Shown here: piece after piece, positions 22,711-36,328 of the stretch
Layout: each line of letters starts with the position of its first letter
How positions within the stretch are numbered: position 1 is the first letter of the stretch
Assembly (NCBI RefSeq): GCF_001194135.2
Contig: NC_068984.1
Location: forward strand, 42,062,762-42,112,535
Direction of reading: 5' to 3'
From: Octopus bimaculoides
Taxonomy: Eukaryota
DNA length: 49,774 nt
The notes under the pieces: model-generated
What the model was told of the DNA's origin: nothing
The model's database searches: none
What the model saw: the letters and a program-made list of their open reading frames with translations, nothing else
Program-made: the position numbers and the translations under genes

Positions 22711-23159
22711 GAATTAAATAATAAATGGATTTATGAATGAATGTTTGGTTATTGCATTTATTTCCACACTTATTATTGCAAACATGTTTTAACTAACCTA
22801 TACTATACATACACTCAAATACATTCATATATATATGTCTCGAGTTGTAGCTGTAAGGCCAGCCTTATCATATTCCGTGTGAGGCTGAATCTCCTTGAGA
22901 ACTACATTAATGTTATGCATGTCTGTGGAGTACTCAGCCATTTGTGAGTTAATTTTATCCTCGTGTGGTAATGAAAAGTGAAATTGACAGCCAATATTTG
23001 CTGTGTCTATGTATCTATGAACTTTTCTTTGGATTTATGTATCTACTGACTCTCTCACTTTCTCTCTTTCTCTTTCTTTGTGTCACTCTTCTCTCCCACT
23101 TTTGATTTAACAATGTGTATATGTATCCATGTATCTACTTCTCTTGCGATGTGATAAAC

Positions 23160-23520
23160 ATTTAAAAACAAAATGAATGCCATCACCACTCACTGTCTCT
23201 TTCAGTCTCTCTCTTTCTGTCTCACTCTCTCACTTTGTCATTCTCTCACTTTCTCTCTCACTTTCTTTCTCTCTTATGTCCTCTCTGAAACATTTAAAAG
23301 CACAAATTGAACACCGTCACCACTCATTGTCTCCCTCACTCTCTCACTTTCATTCTCACTCTCTTTCTTTCTCTCTTACGTCCTTTCTGAAACATTTAAA
23401 AACACAAAATGAACGCCGTCACCACTCACTGTCTCTTTCACTCTCTCTCTCTCTTTCTCTTTCACCTTCTTTTTCTCTTACTTCCTTTCTGTCCTCCTGT
23501 CTCTCACTTTGCCACTTCTT
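23160..23520. repeat. Three degenerate ~115-bp direct repeats with CT-rich tails
   Basis: aaacatttaaaa..caaaatgaa..cc.tcaccactca.tgtctc recurs at about 23157, 23288 and 23390. Confidence 0.7.
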
Positions 23521-24139
23521 TGAAGTAAGTGTGATGCACACAACAGGTATGTGCAAAAACAAAAAGTTAGCGTTGGTAATTTATTTAAAAATGGAATTTC
23601 CTTGAAAATTAAACCTGTGAATCCTGAGTTGAAAATCTTTATTTGGCACTAAGAAGTCTTAAAAGTTAATTAGCGAATTAACCATTTCTGAGTTTGTATG
23701 CATGTTACTGTCTCTGTATTTCACACCTGTCACATATATCTTATTTTACATGGGAACATCTAGTTTTGAAAGAACCTCGAACCTTCAGATTAGGGTAACA
23801 ATGCTGAGTTATGCTGACAATGACTATTGTAACTGTTTAACTCTGGATCATCATTGCCATCTACCATGATAGACCAAAGGCTCTTGGTCCTGCTCATGTT
23901 CTGTTGCTATATAGTGTATATGGCATTATCACAATTTTGATATCTTAGTACAACACATGTTATGATAACAGCCACAGTGGAAATACAAATGCATGGTGAT
24001 ATCAGTGCAAGATTTTACCCTCAGGTCTATGGTTACAGACAAAAAGCATTTCAGCTACTTTGTTTTTGTACTTGGTTTGCAAGGTTTTTTTTTTTTTATG
24101 TGAATTCATGTATTGAAACAAATTTTGTTGTATCTAGAG

Positions 24140-24640
24140 AGAGATATTCAACCAGTTAACATTTTGGCTACCTTTGTCTTGAAATTGAAGGTGGAAAACT
24201 ATGCTAAAGAATATGGTGATAGGATGACAGTGAAAATCTTGAGGCACTTCTAAACACTGCCTGCTTTTTCTTGCAATGTTCTATGTACAGCAGCAATGCT
24301 AAGAGAATGGAGGAAGCAAGAACAGTTTGAGGCCGTTAAAAAAGTGTAAAAATAAACCTTTGTTGTTCAGCCACACATTGACTAGAACTAAAGGAAGAGT
24401 TAGAAAAATACTGTTTGATAAATGTGAGGAATACAAAGAAATGCATTTCTACCAATATAAATAATTAATAATGCCAGGAAGTAAAAAAAAAAAATAAATA
24501 AATGATACAAGGTTTTGCTGGAACATAAGTTTGGTGTTACCAGTTCATGAAAAGGCAGATTTTGTTAATGTGTGCAAAATAACATTCATTGCTAAAAATA
24601 TGCCAGTAGATTACAAAGAAAGAATATTAGAATAAAATGC
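24140..24640 (+). pseudogene. Heavily decayed pogo-like transposase N-terminus
   Basis: Fragments RYST, LKLKVENYAKEYG, LREWRKQ and ITFIAKNMPVDYKERILE resemble the pogo-type HTH and CENP-B-like regions. Multiple stops and frameshifts; recognised from memory of the family. Confidence 0.5.
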
Positions 24641-25423
24641 TTTCTGCTGTATACCCAAACTAATATTTTTTTTTTTGTGTGTGTGATGTTTTACTATTGT
24701 ATTTATGTACAATATGATATTTTCACTGTACATGACTGTTCTTCTTGGCTGATTTCCTGCTTTATGTTTAGCTATGCTGGTAACTTACTTTGTGCACAAA
24801 TGTTTTCTACTGATTCTATGCAGCTATTGTTTTTCTTTGCCATGTTTTATAATTGTATTCATGTGTGATATTTTCGCTGTAAATAACTGTTCTTGTCTGA
24901 TTTCCTGATTTACCGATATTTTCATCTCAGCTGGTAGCATGCTTGTTATTAAATGTTTCCTGCTATAGTTAAGCTCTTTTCTTGTCTTCTTTGTAAATTA
25001 CAGTAGTATTGTTGTTAAAAAGATATTTCTAGTCTATTTGCATGTTTTGCTCTTCTTTTATATGGCACCATCATCATCATTACATTGTTTTCCACGATGT
25101 TATGAGTTGGATGTGTCATCACAGGTAGTTCTTATTTAGAATTACTGCCATCTAGATGCGTCAGGAACCATTTCTCATTTTCATATTTACTTTGTGGCAG
25201 GGTTTTTATATCTGGATGCCCTTCCTATTGTACTGGAAATATTTGTGTGTGACATTAGCATTGTGGAAGTTGTTTTACTCCCTGTATTTCTAAAAAGTCC
25301 TCTCTTCCTTGCATTATCTCTGTTTCTTCCTTTCTTTCACACATAACTATGTGGGGAGAGAACCAGGTTAAGAGCATAGCAAATAAGTGGGAGAAGCGAA
25401 CCCAAGTGATAGGAGCAAGAGAT

Positions 25424-25473
<50 letters not shown>

Positions 25474-26448
25474 GCATGATGGTTGATAGAAGCAGTGCAA
25501 CCAAAATGATATGAGAGAGTGAAGAAAAAGAGCCAAAGTGGGAAGGTGATAGAGGAGAGAAAGGAAAGGAGAGAAGCTGGGTGATAGATGGAGTTCTGAA
25601 AGTGAGAGTGTTGGGAAAGGTAGAGAGAATTAGTGATGAATGTAAATAATGAAGGAATAATGAGAGAGAGAAGTGAGAAATAATGCAAACTGATAATGAG
25701 GAGAGAATCAAGTATAAACAGTTCCATTGTGATGTCTTCCCTTGTTAGACATGAGAAGTGATTAGGAGATACTGAGGTGTATTACTAGGAAAAGGGTGAG
25801 AGTAATAAATGAGTAAGTAATGAAGAGAGAGGGGAAATTGGTAGAGGAAGAATTAATTTGAACACAATGGTTGGGAGACACTCAAATATATTTTACACCT
25901 GAATCTCAATCATCACGATCGTTTTCGTATGTTTGTCCATTCCTGCATTGATTGAGTGGATCTTCTCCAACACAGTATTTTGGGCTCGTTAGGTCAGGTT
26001 AATCTTCATTACTTTGTCCCTGGCCATCCATAATCTCATTTTTTCATTGTATACAATATATGTGAGCACAAACACATGCTCACACAACATTTTCATTTTA
26101 TGTACTTTTTCAATGCTGGTGCGAGTTAGATGTCGCTGTTCATATCTACTTTCATTAGGAATTACTACCCTCCGAATGGGTCAGAGGACAAAATCTCACT
26201 TGTATGTTCTATTTCAGCTTGGTTCTTATGGCTGGATGTTTTTCCAATCACCAATCACTTTATAGAGTATAGTTGATACATTTTATCGTGGTACCAGTAC
26301 TAAAGAGGTTGTCATGTCTTTGACAGATCTAAAGCATTTCTCTTGATCCTATATTGTCTCTACTTGTTTGCCAATCACTTTACGAGGTGTACTGAATACA
26401 TTTTATGATGGCACCAGCACAAGAGAAGTTCACTTTGGGGCTATCTCA

Positions 26449-27164
26449 CTAAACTTCTCTAGTCACGTGGGGGTGTTCTGATCCCGAGATTCTCACATTG
26501 TGTTTGTTCAGTTTCCCTGAAAAATGAAAGGTTACCTTATCACTAAAACAAACTCGCTTGAGGAATGTTTCATCTTCAGAAATTAGTTGTAGCATGTGAA
26601 CTGCCAACTCTCTTCGTCTTGGTTTATCATTTGGCTCAATTGCCTGTAGGAGTTGCACTTTGTAAATGTACAATCACAGGTTCGTATGTAGGATCTTATG
26701 AACTGTTTAAAAGTGGTGGCTCTAACTGTCTAAAAGCAGTATGGATGGACTTCGTGGGAGAACGAGAAAAGTTTCTCTTACATGATCAATGTTTTCCTCG
26801 GATGTTCTTGGTTGCCCACTCCTCTTTCTATCTAACAGTGTCCTTATCTCCATAAATTTCTTGTGCTGTGCACGAATTAACGGACGTACTCTGTTCTGTA
26901 GTTTCATTGAGTCTGCGTATCTGATTTTGTCTCAATAAACCATGATACCCATTGCGCCTACTCTTGAGGAGTAGCCATTTCTTAGGGGGTTCATTAAAAA
27001 AAAATGCCTCTTTAATCTGCAAGATGCCTGACACACAAAAATGCATTGTGATTAAAAACTTTGAAAACCACTGAGTACAATAGAACAAGTCTGATTAAGA
27101 TATCTTATCAATTGCCTTTGCAATAATTTTTTTAAATTGTAAAAAGAATTTTATGGACACCCTG
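26449..27164 (-). mobile_element. Tc1/mariner-superfamily transposon (maT/DD37D-like), 3'-truncated
   Basis: Minus strand starts TA-CAGGGTGTCCATAAAATT (TIR-like). Transposase pieces read LLDRKRSGQPRTSEENIDHVRETF and YKVQLLQAIEPNDKPRRRELA...CFSDKVTFHFSGKLNKHNVRI.GSEHPH. Confidence 0.8.
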
Positions 27165-27761
27165 TATATGTATATATATNNNNNNNNNNNNNNNNNNNNN
27201 NNNNNNNNNNNNNNNNNNNNNNNNNNNNNNNNNNNNNNNNNNNNNNNNNNNNNNNNNNNNNNNNNNNNNNNNNNNNNNNNNNNNNNNNNNNNNNNNNNNN
27301 NNNNNNNNNNNNNNNNNNNNNNNNNNNNNNNNNNNNNNNNNNNNNNNNNNNNNNNNNNNNNNNNNNNNNNNNNNNNNNNNNNNNNNNNNNNNNNNNNNNN
27401 NNNNNNNNNNNNNNNNNNNNNNNNNNNNNNNNNNNNNNNNNNNNNNNNNNNNNNNNNNNNNNNNNNNNNNNNNNNNNNNNNNNNNNNNNNNNNNNNNNNN
27501 NNNNNNNNNNNNNNNNNNNNNNNNNNNNNNNNNNNNNNNNNNNNNNNNNNNNNNNNNNNNNNNNNNNNNNNNNNNNNNNNNNNNNNNNNNNNNNNNNNNN
27601 NNNNNNNNNNNNNNNNNNNNNNNNNNNNNNNNNNNNNNNNNNNNNNNNNNNNNNNNNNNNNNNNNNNNNNNNNNNNNNNNNNNNNNNNNNNNNNNNNNNN
27701 NNNNNNNNNNNNNNNNNNNNNNNNNNNNNNNNNNNNNNNNNNNNNNNNNNNNNNNNNNNNN

Positions 27762-27819
<58 letters not shown>

Positions 27820-29329
27820 ACTTTGTAATATTGTTGGCTTGTGATATCGTTCTATAGTACAGAAATGTTCTATATAGTATATAGTGTAAATGTAGCATGA
27901 GCATTCAAACATCGTCACTATCCTTTTAAAATTTGCTGCATTTCACATTAAATTTTTGGTTCTTTAAAGTTATCTTGGTGTAGAAGATGATGTACCTGCT
28001 TTGGCTTTTAATTTTGGTATGAAAATTTCAACTTGTATGCCAGAAAATATGGTGAGTGACCTAGGGCTTAAAATACGTGTCTCTTATTTTTACAAAATGT
28101 ATGTGGAAAGTGCAATCAGTTCTGATTGAAAACGGATATCATTTCTACTATATCATTGAGAAGTTAGAGTTAAAAAGCACTCCTCTCTGTAAAAACGTTT
28201 GCAATTCCAATCAGAAATTAGATGTAGAGTTATAAAAATAATTTTAAAAAAGAAGAAAAAATTGTAAATGATTTATGAAATTATAGAAAGAGTTACTTGA
28301 ACAGCCAACCTAATGTTTGCCAACTGTCTCTTGTCCTTTGGGTATTATCCTTTGGTGGTCTCCATCAGTTTATTTTGCCATTACCAAAAACACTTCAGTA
28401 TTTTTAAGTTTAAATGATCCATTCATTTCATACTCAGAGCTACTATTTCCAACTCTTTTGTCTTGCTGTTTTAGTTTGTCAGTCTGTCTGTTCATTCACC
28501 CATTCCTTCCTCTGTCTGTCTGTCTGTCTGTCTGGTTATCTCATTCTCTGTCTATCTCTTTTTCACTCTTCAAATTTCTGAAATGTTCTCTTTACAACAA
28601 CAAAATGAAACAAAAACTACATCTCTGTTTCATTGAGTCACTAATCATTCTTCTCCATCCTACACTCATAGATACACATTCTTCCCATTTTCATTTGAGT
28701 ACAACAGTAACAACAACAACAATAATCCAAAAATTAAAAAGGAAAACTGTTCCCTTTTGTATTTTCAGCATTAATTTTAGTTGACAGCATGCTATTTAGG
28801 ATGAATGTTTTTTGTCATAAGAAACCCCTAAATTTAGAAACTGTATATTGTAAACAAATTTTAAATATTCTTTGTACACCCTGCACAAAAATGACACTAA
28901 CAAACTGTGACATAAGCAACAATGACAAGAACAATAGTACATAACATACCAGGTAGTGTTTTGGAGATTAATGCTGGCATATTTGATAGAATCAGTTAAT
29001 TGTTATCACAGCCTTAATTCACTAACTGTTAATTCTCCAAATCTCTGCAGTTCAAAATAATCCAACACTAAAATTGTTTATATATATATATATATATATG
29101 TGAGTGTGTGTGTGTGTGTATAATATATATATATATATATATANNNNNNNNNNNNNNNNNNNNNNNNNNNNNNNNNNNNNNNNNNNNNNNNNNNNNNNNN
29201 NNNNNNNNNNNNNNNNNNNNNNNNNNNNNNNNNNNNNNNNNNNNNNNNNNNNNNNNNNNNNNNNNNNNNNNNNNNNNNNNNNNNNTATATCTGTAGCAAA
29301 GGCGTGGGTAGAAACTCCATAAGATGTGC

Positions 29330-29590
29330 CCAGTGTAAGCTATCCGAAACTGTGCAGTGGACCAAAGTTCCTTGATACTTAGGTATGAATCTTCTTCAAT
29401 AGCTGTTTTCATTGTATCATTATTGAGAGCTGTTAGTCTTCCTGATTGATACTCATCCAGAAGAATGAAACCGCTGTTTTTGAATTTGTTAAACCATCTT
29501 TGGTGTTTCAGAACACTCACACCCTCAGGATATGCAGTTATATATATTTTCCCTTGCACACACAACACATGTCCGCATTAACATTTGGTC
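29330..29590 (-). pseudogene. Mariner transposase N-terminal HTH fragment
   Basis: YPEGVSVLKHQRWFNKFKNSGFILLDEYQSGRLTALNNDTMKTAIEEDSYLSIKEL resembles the mariner ..RWF.KFK.G.F.L.D..RSGRP motif. Confidence 0.7.
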
Positions 29591-32500
29591 ATTAACTTTA
29601 TATTGACACCTTTTAATAGTTTGCAAACTGTTTGTGGTATGACACCAAGCTATTTGCTTGAAAATACATTACTTTTTTGCTTACCTAATATATCATTTCA
29701 TGCTTGCTTTCCATGCTGGCTTTGGTTGGATGACTGGAGTGGATTCAGTAGGTCAGAGGACCAAGTCTTGTTCCAGTGTTTCCAGTTTAGCATGCATTCT
29801 ATGGCTTTCCTAATGCCAACCACTTTACAGAGTATATTGGGTGCTTTATACATGGCACCTGCTGTGTACCTTGCAAAGCTAAAGAAGCATGTTGACTGAG
29901 TGGATGAATGGTAGATGTTGAGAGGTTCAAATATGGGAGAAGGGTCAGAACAAGTTTATTGTTCCAAGCAAGATACAAAGTGACCCTGCATCATATGAGT
30001 GGAGCAAAGCTGGAAAGAGAGATAAAGATGGTGGTGACAGGGTCTCAGAGTATACCCCCATGGTACATGTAGGGGAATATAAAGGAGTATAGGGATTGAA
30101 GATTATGAAATACGAGAAGATAAAAGTTTCAAGAGTTTGTGAATGGGAACATAAATATAAAGAAAAAAGGTAGTTGGTTATTAAGTGAAAATAGCTGATA
30201 GTGAAAGCAATAGCAAGGTAAGAATAAAGAAATAAGAAAGGAAAGACAGGTAGATACAGGTATATCATTATCATCATTATTTAATGTTCACTTTTCCATG
30301 TTTGCATGGTTCAGATAAAATTTGCTGAAGCAGCATGTCAATGACTGGATGCTCTTCCTGTTGCCAACTTTTAATCTGTTTCCAAGCAAGATAATATTCC
30401 CCCATGGCCAGACATGTTTTCCATGGAAGACTGGAAATAAATTGTATAACTTCTACGATGTTAATGTTCATTCACAACCTGTACATTATGTCAAGACAAG
30501 ACACACAAGCGCCTGTGCATGCACGGACACAGACACACGCACATGCACACACACACAACTTGTTCCAGTTTTGTCCAACAGATCCATTGACAAGGCGTTG
30601 TTCAGCCTGGATCTACAGTAGAAGACACACATATCCAATGTGCCACACAAAGGGATTGAACCCAAGATCACAAGGTTGGGAACAAGCTTCTTAACCACAG
30701 CCATGCCTATACCTGTAGCCATGTCTGTACATATATATATTTATGTATACATATGATGGACTTTCACTAAGTTTCAGTCTACCTGTTCCATTCGCAAGGC
30801 ATTGGTTGACTTCAGGCTGCAGTTAAAGATACTTCTCCAAGGTGCTTTGCAGTAAGATAGGACACATAACTACATGATTACCAATGTAAACTCCATATCT
30901 ACTCAGCCATACCTGCACCTATGGCATCTCTTCTGAAAATTAGGTACCATATTTCAGTACTTCAGTGAAATACTCCAATGAAGCTCCAGGTACTCCTCAA
31001 GTTATAGCAGAGTACCTTACTGCAATTCAGTTTTGTAATCTGAGCTTTTTAGTCTTTGCTGACATAAGAGATAATACACCAGGGTGGTATATCTAATCAG
31101 TGCTGCCAGTCTACTGGTTGAAATTTGATACATCTGGAACTGAAGATCAGTGTAGGAATAAACTACTACATTTACATCATATAGATAACACCCACCACCG
31201 CAGCAGTATTTGACACATCCAACTGTGTTCATTTGTGTTCAATCTAAGCACCTTACTCATTCACGTTTGTGCATTTCTACTAATAGATTTTGATAATCAT
31301 ATGTAGCTGATAAAGTGTTGGATTACCAGACAGATGGTCAGCAGCTTGTTGTCTGACACTTAGCTGTGTCCATATCCAATATATTTAACTCCCATGAGTT
31401 CAGTCCATGTGGCTGTAACAGAAAAACAAGATAGATTTACAGCAATAGTAGTACTGATGTGAAATTGATGGGTGGTTCATCAACTTGCAGTGCTGTGGCC
31501 AATATGACTATTGCTTGGAGAGGGATGGGTTTCATCAGGCAGGCTTGCTCCAGACTTGCTATAACAAGATGAAGTCTTCAATGGTGACCCGACAACTCAA
31601 TAGTTCCAGGGATTCACCATTGCCAACAAATATAAATACAAAGATATAAGACTATATATACAGGCACCCACATACACATACATTGCCTTTTAAAAATTTT
31701 TGTTTTTCACACACACACACACACATTTTCTCACATCAAGATGAACTAAGTTACATTTTCTGTCTAAATCTGAAGACAAATTGCCACTGTATTTTTTTCT
31801 TTATATATATATATATTTATTTTGGATGTTTTTGATACCAACTAAAACAAATGAAAAATTAAAAACACAAAGATAAAAAAAAAAAAAACGACAAAAAAGG
31901 CAAAAGACTGAAAAAATATAACCTAGACAGAAAACAACTATTTTATTACATTCCTTCATCTTCAACGAACCTAGAAATTGGACACAGTTCAATAATATTA
32001 ATTCACAGAAAAAAAAAACAGAAGACAAAAAAGGAAAAAGCAGCAAAAATTCTCCCACCCACTCTTTGTATTCTTAGATGGGAATTTTTTTCTTTACGGA
32101 AATAACCTAATTTTGGTTACAAAAAAATCAAAAAAATCTTACAAACAAATATGATGATGGGTGGTGGGTAGTGGTAAGATTCTCTTTTTAATGACTGATG
32201 GTGTAATTGGTGAATCTGTGTGTGTGTGTAAGAGAGATGACATTAAATTTTAAGTTATCAACAAGTAAATCTAATGCTTTATACTCCTTAATTATTCAGG
32301 GAGTTAGATTAACCTACAAAAAAAACAAAAAAGAACCCCAAAAAAACTGAAATATTCATTTTTGAAATCTTCTCAAAGCAGACCCATTTATTTAATTTAT
32401 TTGTTTATCATTATTAAAGAAAAGGGTGGGAATGCTGGTGGAAGTTACATGATAGGATGGCAGAAACAGCAGCACTTTAGATTAAACAGTTTTCTGGTAT

Positions 32501-34284
32501 CTAGTTATGTAGTGCCAACCCTCTGTGTTCTTAGTTCATACCATGCCAACATTAACTATCTTCCATCATCTCTAAGGGTTCATAACTTGAGTGTTAGGCA
32601 TTTATTTTTACTCAGAATCTATGGGAAAGGGGACCAAAATGTTACTGCAATAGTCCTTACTGCATCATGCTAGCGTATTATGCACCTGCTGAAATGAGTT
32701 CAGTGCACCTATTTCACATTTTTACTGCCAATATGGGAGTTTCTAGATGGTTGCTCAACCTGCTAAAAAGAATGACCAAATCTCTCTCAAACCACACCCT
32801 AATAGACACTTTGCATAATCTAGTTGCAGATACACTAATTTAGCAAAAATGATAGGGTGGTCATAAGTGGAACGCCTGTCTGATCAGGGCTAACTTGGTA
32901 CTAAACAACAGCAATCGCAATCAGCTTTACTTTGTTTTACTATATCAGACCTGGTTATAAGATGTTCCCAAGAACTGCATCTCTCTTCTGTAAAGAATTT
33001 CACCTGCAGGAATTCAAACTGAACATTAACTATATCAATTCCAAAAGTCTGACAGGAGAGGGAAACATTGTAGAGTAGGTGTGAGAGACTGAATCTGGCC
33101 GATTTGACCAAAAAAAACTGGTACAAAGTTTGGGTTACATAAGGCTGATTTAAATGCTAAATGTTTAATGGTTTGGTGCCATATTCTTTCAAGTATCAAT
33201 TCTGCTATGGCTGAATAAATATGTACTGAACTTTTACATGGAATACATTTCCTTTTAATTAAAGAAATGTGACTATTTTAGGAAGTAGTGGTTGTGTCAT
33301 TGACTGAAATTGTGTTCTTGGTAGGTTTAGTTTAGAATATTGTTTTCATTCTCTCCATCACTTCTGCATATTTTCTCATCATAGTTTGTTTTATAGCTAT
33401 AGAAAATATTTTTATTTGAAACAACAATACATATTGTATGTGGTCAACTAAAATGACTAGAGAGAGAAAGATTATGAGTGACCATATGGGCATGTGAAAT
33501 ATTGTGTTGTAGCAGTTTCTGACATTATGTACATGTTAGTGTTAGTGATTTTGATAATACTGAAGCTTTGACATTAGAATGAATGATAATCCTGGATTAA
33601 GCATGAATGAAATTAGATTTTGAGATTTAGGCAATGATTTGTTGACTGGTTCAAGATAATGAGGTTTTGATGAAAATAGATGAATAACTATAACTTGGCA
33701 ATAATTTGTTGAATGGTTCCAGATAATATGTGATTTTGATGAAAATAAATGAAGAAAAATAACTTAGCAAAAATTTGTTCAGCGTGGTTACAGTTTTACC
33801 AGATGGCAATAAATCATTGAGAAAAACGAATGAGGATACTCTAACAGAGAAAGGTTTCCTGCTGACTTCAGCAAATATTTGTTTTTCTAAATAATTTTGC
33901 AACTGAAGAAGATTTGTTGAGAGTTCAGGATCCCAGTGCCATTTCAAAACTATCGGAAGTTTTAAGTTTGTATTGGTTAACAGGTATTAAACTAAAACTC
34001 TGCAATTTGAACACACTAAAAGTAGTCTCTGTTAGCAAATTACTCTTAAATAAAAACAAAAATAAATAAATTAATTAATTAAAAATAATAATGAAACTAA
34101 TATGCAAAAATATAAGGACTCACATTTCATGATGCATGGTTTTTCTTTCTATTTGTTACTTTTAATTGGCTACTCTTGAAAACTTTGTAAAAAATCTAAT
34201 ATTAATGTACTTAAAAGCCTTTGTCTGTCTGGTGCAAGAAGTTCCTCTCTATAAATTAGTTACGTCCATTAGGTTTCAAACATA

Positions 34285-35801
34285 CTGAACCACAAAAAAA
34301 AAAAAAACATTGTGCTGTAACAGATTGTTTCACACACAATATTGAGATTATATGGATTTTATCACATTTCTAGGTAATTTGACATCAGGAAGATGTCACT
34401 GACCCACAACGGCACTCTCTTTTAAAAGCACAAGGATTGTATGTAGGGTTCAAACTTGCTCACTTTTCCTGAACATAGTTCTACTCACAAATGCATCTTT
34501 ATGAAAAGCATGATGTATGTACAAAACGTTGACTCATTGGGTATAAAAGGCTCCCAAATTTACTAGACTGTCATTCGTTTCCTGATTGCTGCAAGCATGC
34601 CAAGACTGACACAAAATCAGAAGGAGCAAACCATTGGATGTCTCCATGCTGGTCAACATCCATGGGACATTGCTTATGACTTGAACTGCAGCATCCAGAC
34701 AATTGAGCGACTGGGGGAATGACACAATGCCACAAACAGCACAGATGATCATCCATGCAGTGGCTGACCGAGGGTTACAACGGTATGTCAAGATTGCCAC
34801 CTGCACTAACAGCATTTAATTCCAGAAGGCAACGAAATTAGCTAGGCAGACCTTAAGTACTCACAGTTTCTGTTGTGCAGAGACAGTTCGTTGCCAGCTG
34901 AGATCTTTCAATCTGTCTTCTCGATGTCTGGCTAGGAGCCCCATCCTCACAGAAGATCATCATCAATGGGCGTGTCTGCAGTGGGCTCAAAAATATCAGA
35001 ACTAATGATATCAGCAGTGGAGGACTGTAGTCTTCTCTGATGAAAGTCAATATTGCATTTCTGTGGCAGATGGCTGAGCTAGGGTTTAGAGAAGAAGGGG
35101 TGAATGCCATGCTGATGGCTGTGTGGGGGAGAGAGACTCATGGGGAGGACAGAGCATCATGGTATGAGGTGGGATTGCATTCAACTAGAAACTTGGACTA
35201 CTGGTCTGCCAAAACATCGGCCAAGGCTGGGATGATAAAGTAACTTCTGCTCACTACATCACATTGTGTTATACTTTGTCCATCATCAGAATCACGTTCC
35301 AACATGACAACACTCATGCCCATACTGCCACGTTGACAACAGACATCCTCCAACAGCACAACATTCAGACACTGCCATGGCCTGCCCTAAGTCTGGACTT
35401 TGAACCCCATAGAGCACCAGTGGGATGAAATCCAAAGTGGGCTAAATGACATCGTCCAATGCTGACAAGTGCTGCACAACTCACTGCAAGTTTTAACAGT
35501 GTGTGGGCTGCTGTCCCCTTAGCTTTCATCAATCGTTTGGTGCATTCAATGTACAGAAGATGCCTGGTGGTAATCAATGCTGATGGTGGCTACATAAGAT
35601 ATTGAGTTCATCTCTTTGGATCTTGGACACTCTGTCATCTCGTGACACCATATGATGTCAAACATGTTTTGGGGGGGAAATGACATTTTATCATTAGGAA
35701 AGAACAGTTTCTTAATTAGCACTGTTCAATCAATGCTATGGCAATCTGTTAATTAACCAGTTTTTATTTAGTATGTGTTCAACGTTTCTTTTGTGGTTCA
35801 G
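34285..35801 (+). mobile_element. Full-length but disrupted Tc1 (DD34E) transposon
   Basis: TIRs ctgaaccacaaaa..aaac.ttg (34285 on) and caacgtttcttttgtggttcag (to 35801). TATAAAA at 34542. Transposase from ATG 34597 to TGA 35605: MPRLTQNQKEQTIG..., WRTVVFSDES, FQHDN...WPALSLD.NPIEH. There are 34 residues between the second D and the E once one frameshift is corrected. Confidence 0.92.
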
Positions 35802-35948
35802 TTTATATCTTATTTCTGGGATTGCTGCGTCTTATCACACTGATCCCTTGCATTGTGAGATGAAAGGCAGTGAGATTGATTGAAGAAGCAAAGGTGAAAA
35901 TGACATTGTAGGTTTTGAAGAATAAAAGCTATTTTGTGTATTGTTATA

Positions 35949-36328
35949 CTTAGGGAGGGTTATCTTTTGCTAATTGAACACATGCACAGTTTATTCACTT
36001 TAATTTTATTAGTATTATATATATATATTTTTTTAGTTTTCTTGTCCATCAAAATTCTTTTATCACACATTCTGTGACCTCTTCAGTGACTGTCTCTTGT
36101 GTTACTTCTTGCTGTCTATTCCATCTTGTTCCTAATTATTCCCAAATGAAATAAGCAGGGCAAGAGGAGACACATGGGATAAAGAGTTGTTGAAGAGGCC
36201 ACAGGATGTGTGATGAAAGACCTTTAATGGGCAAGTAACCTAAAAAAAACTATAATACTAATAAAACTGAAGTGAAGGTCAAATAAATAGTCTGTATGTT
36301 TAATTGGCAAAAGATGACCTTTCCCTCG
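35949..36328. mobile_element. Fold-back MITE, mariner-like ends, almost entirely palindromic (~180-bp arms)
   Basis: Flanked by TA on both sides. The right end CCCTCG-TA is mariner-like. Paired blocks include ttattagtattata/tataatactaataa, atcacacattctgtgacctcttca/tgaagaggccacaggatgtgtgat and atcttttgc/gcaaaagat. Confidence 0.82.

Noticed and set aside
25255-25870. Purine-rich tracts with S/L/P-rich ORFs (also 5400-5800, 44810-45230, 48280-48690)
   Set aside because: Low-complexity compositional bias explains the ORFs; no domain motifs.
30950-31260. GVPGAS resembling the RT GVPQGS motif on the minus strand
   Set aside because: Multiple stops and no other RT motifs in register; too weak to call.
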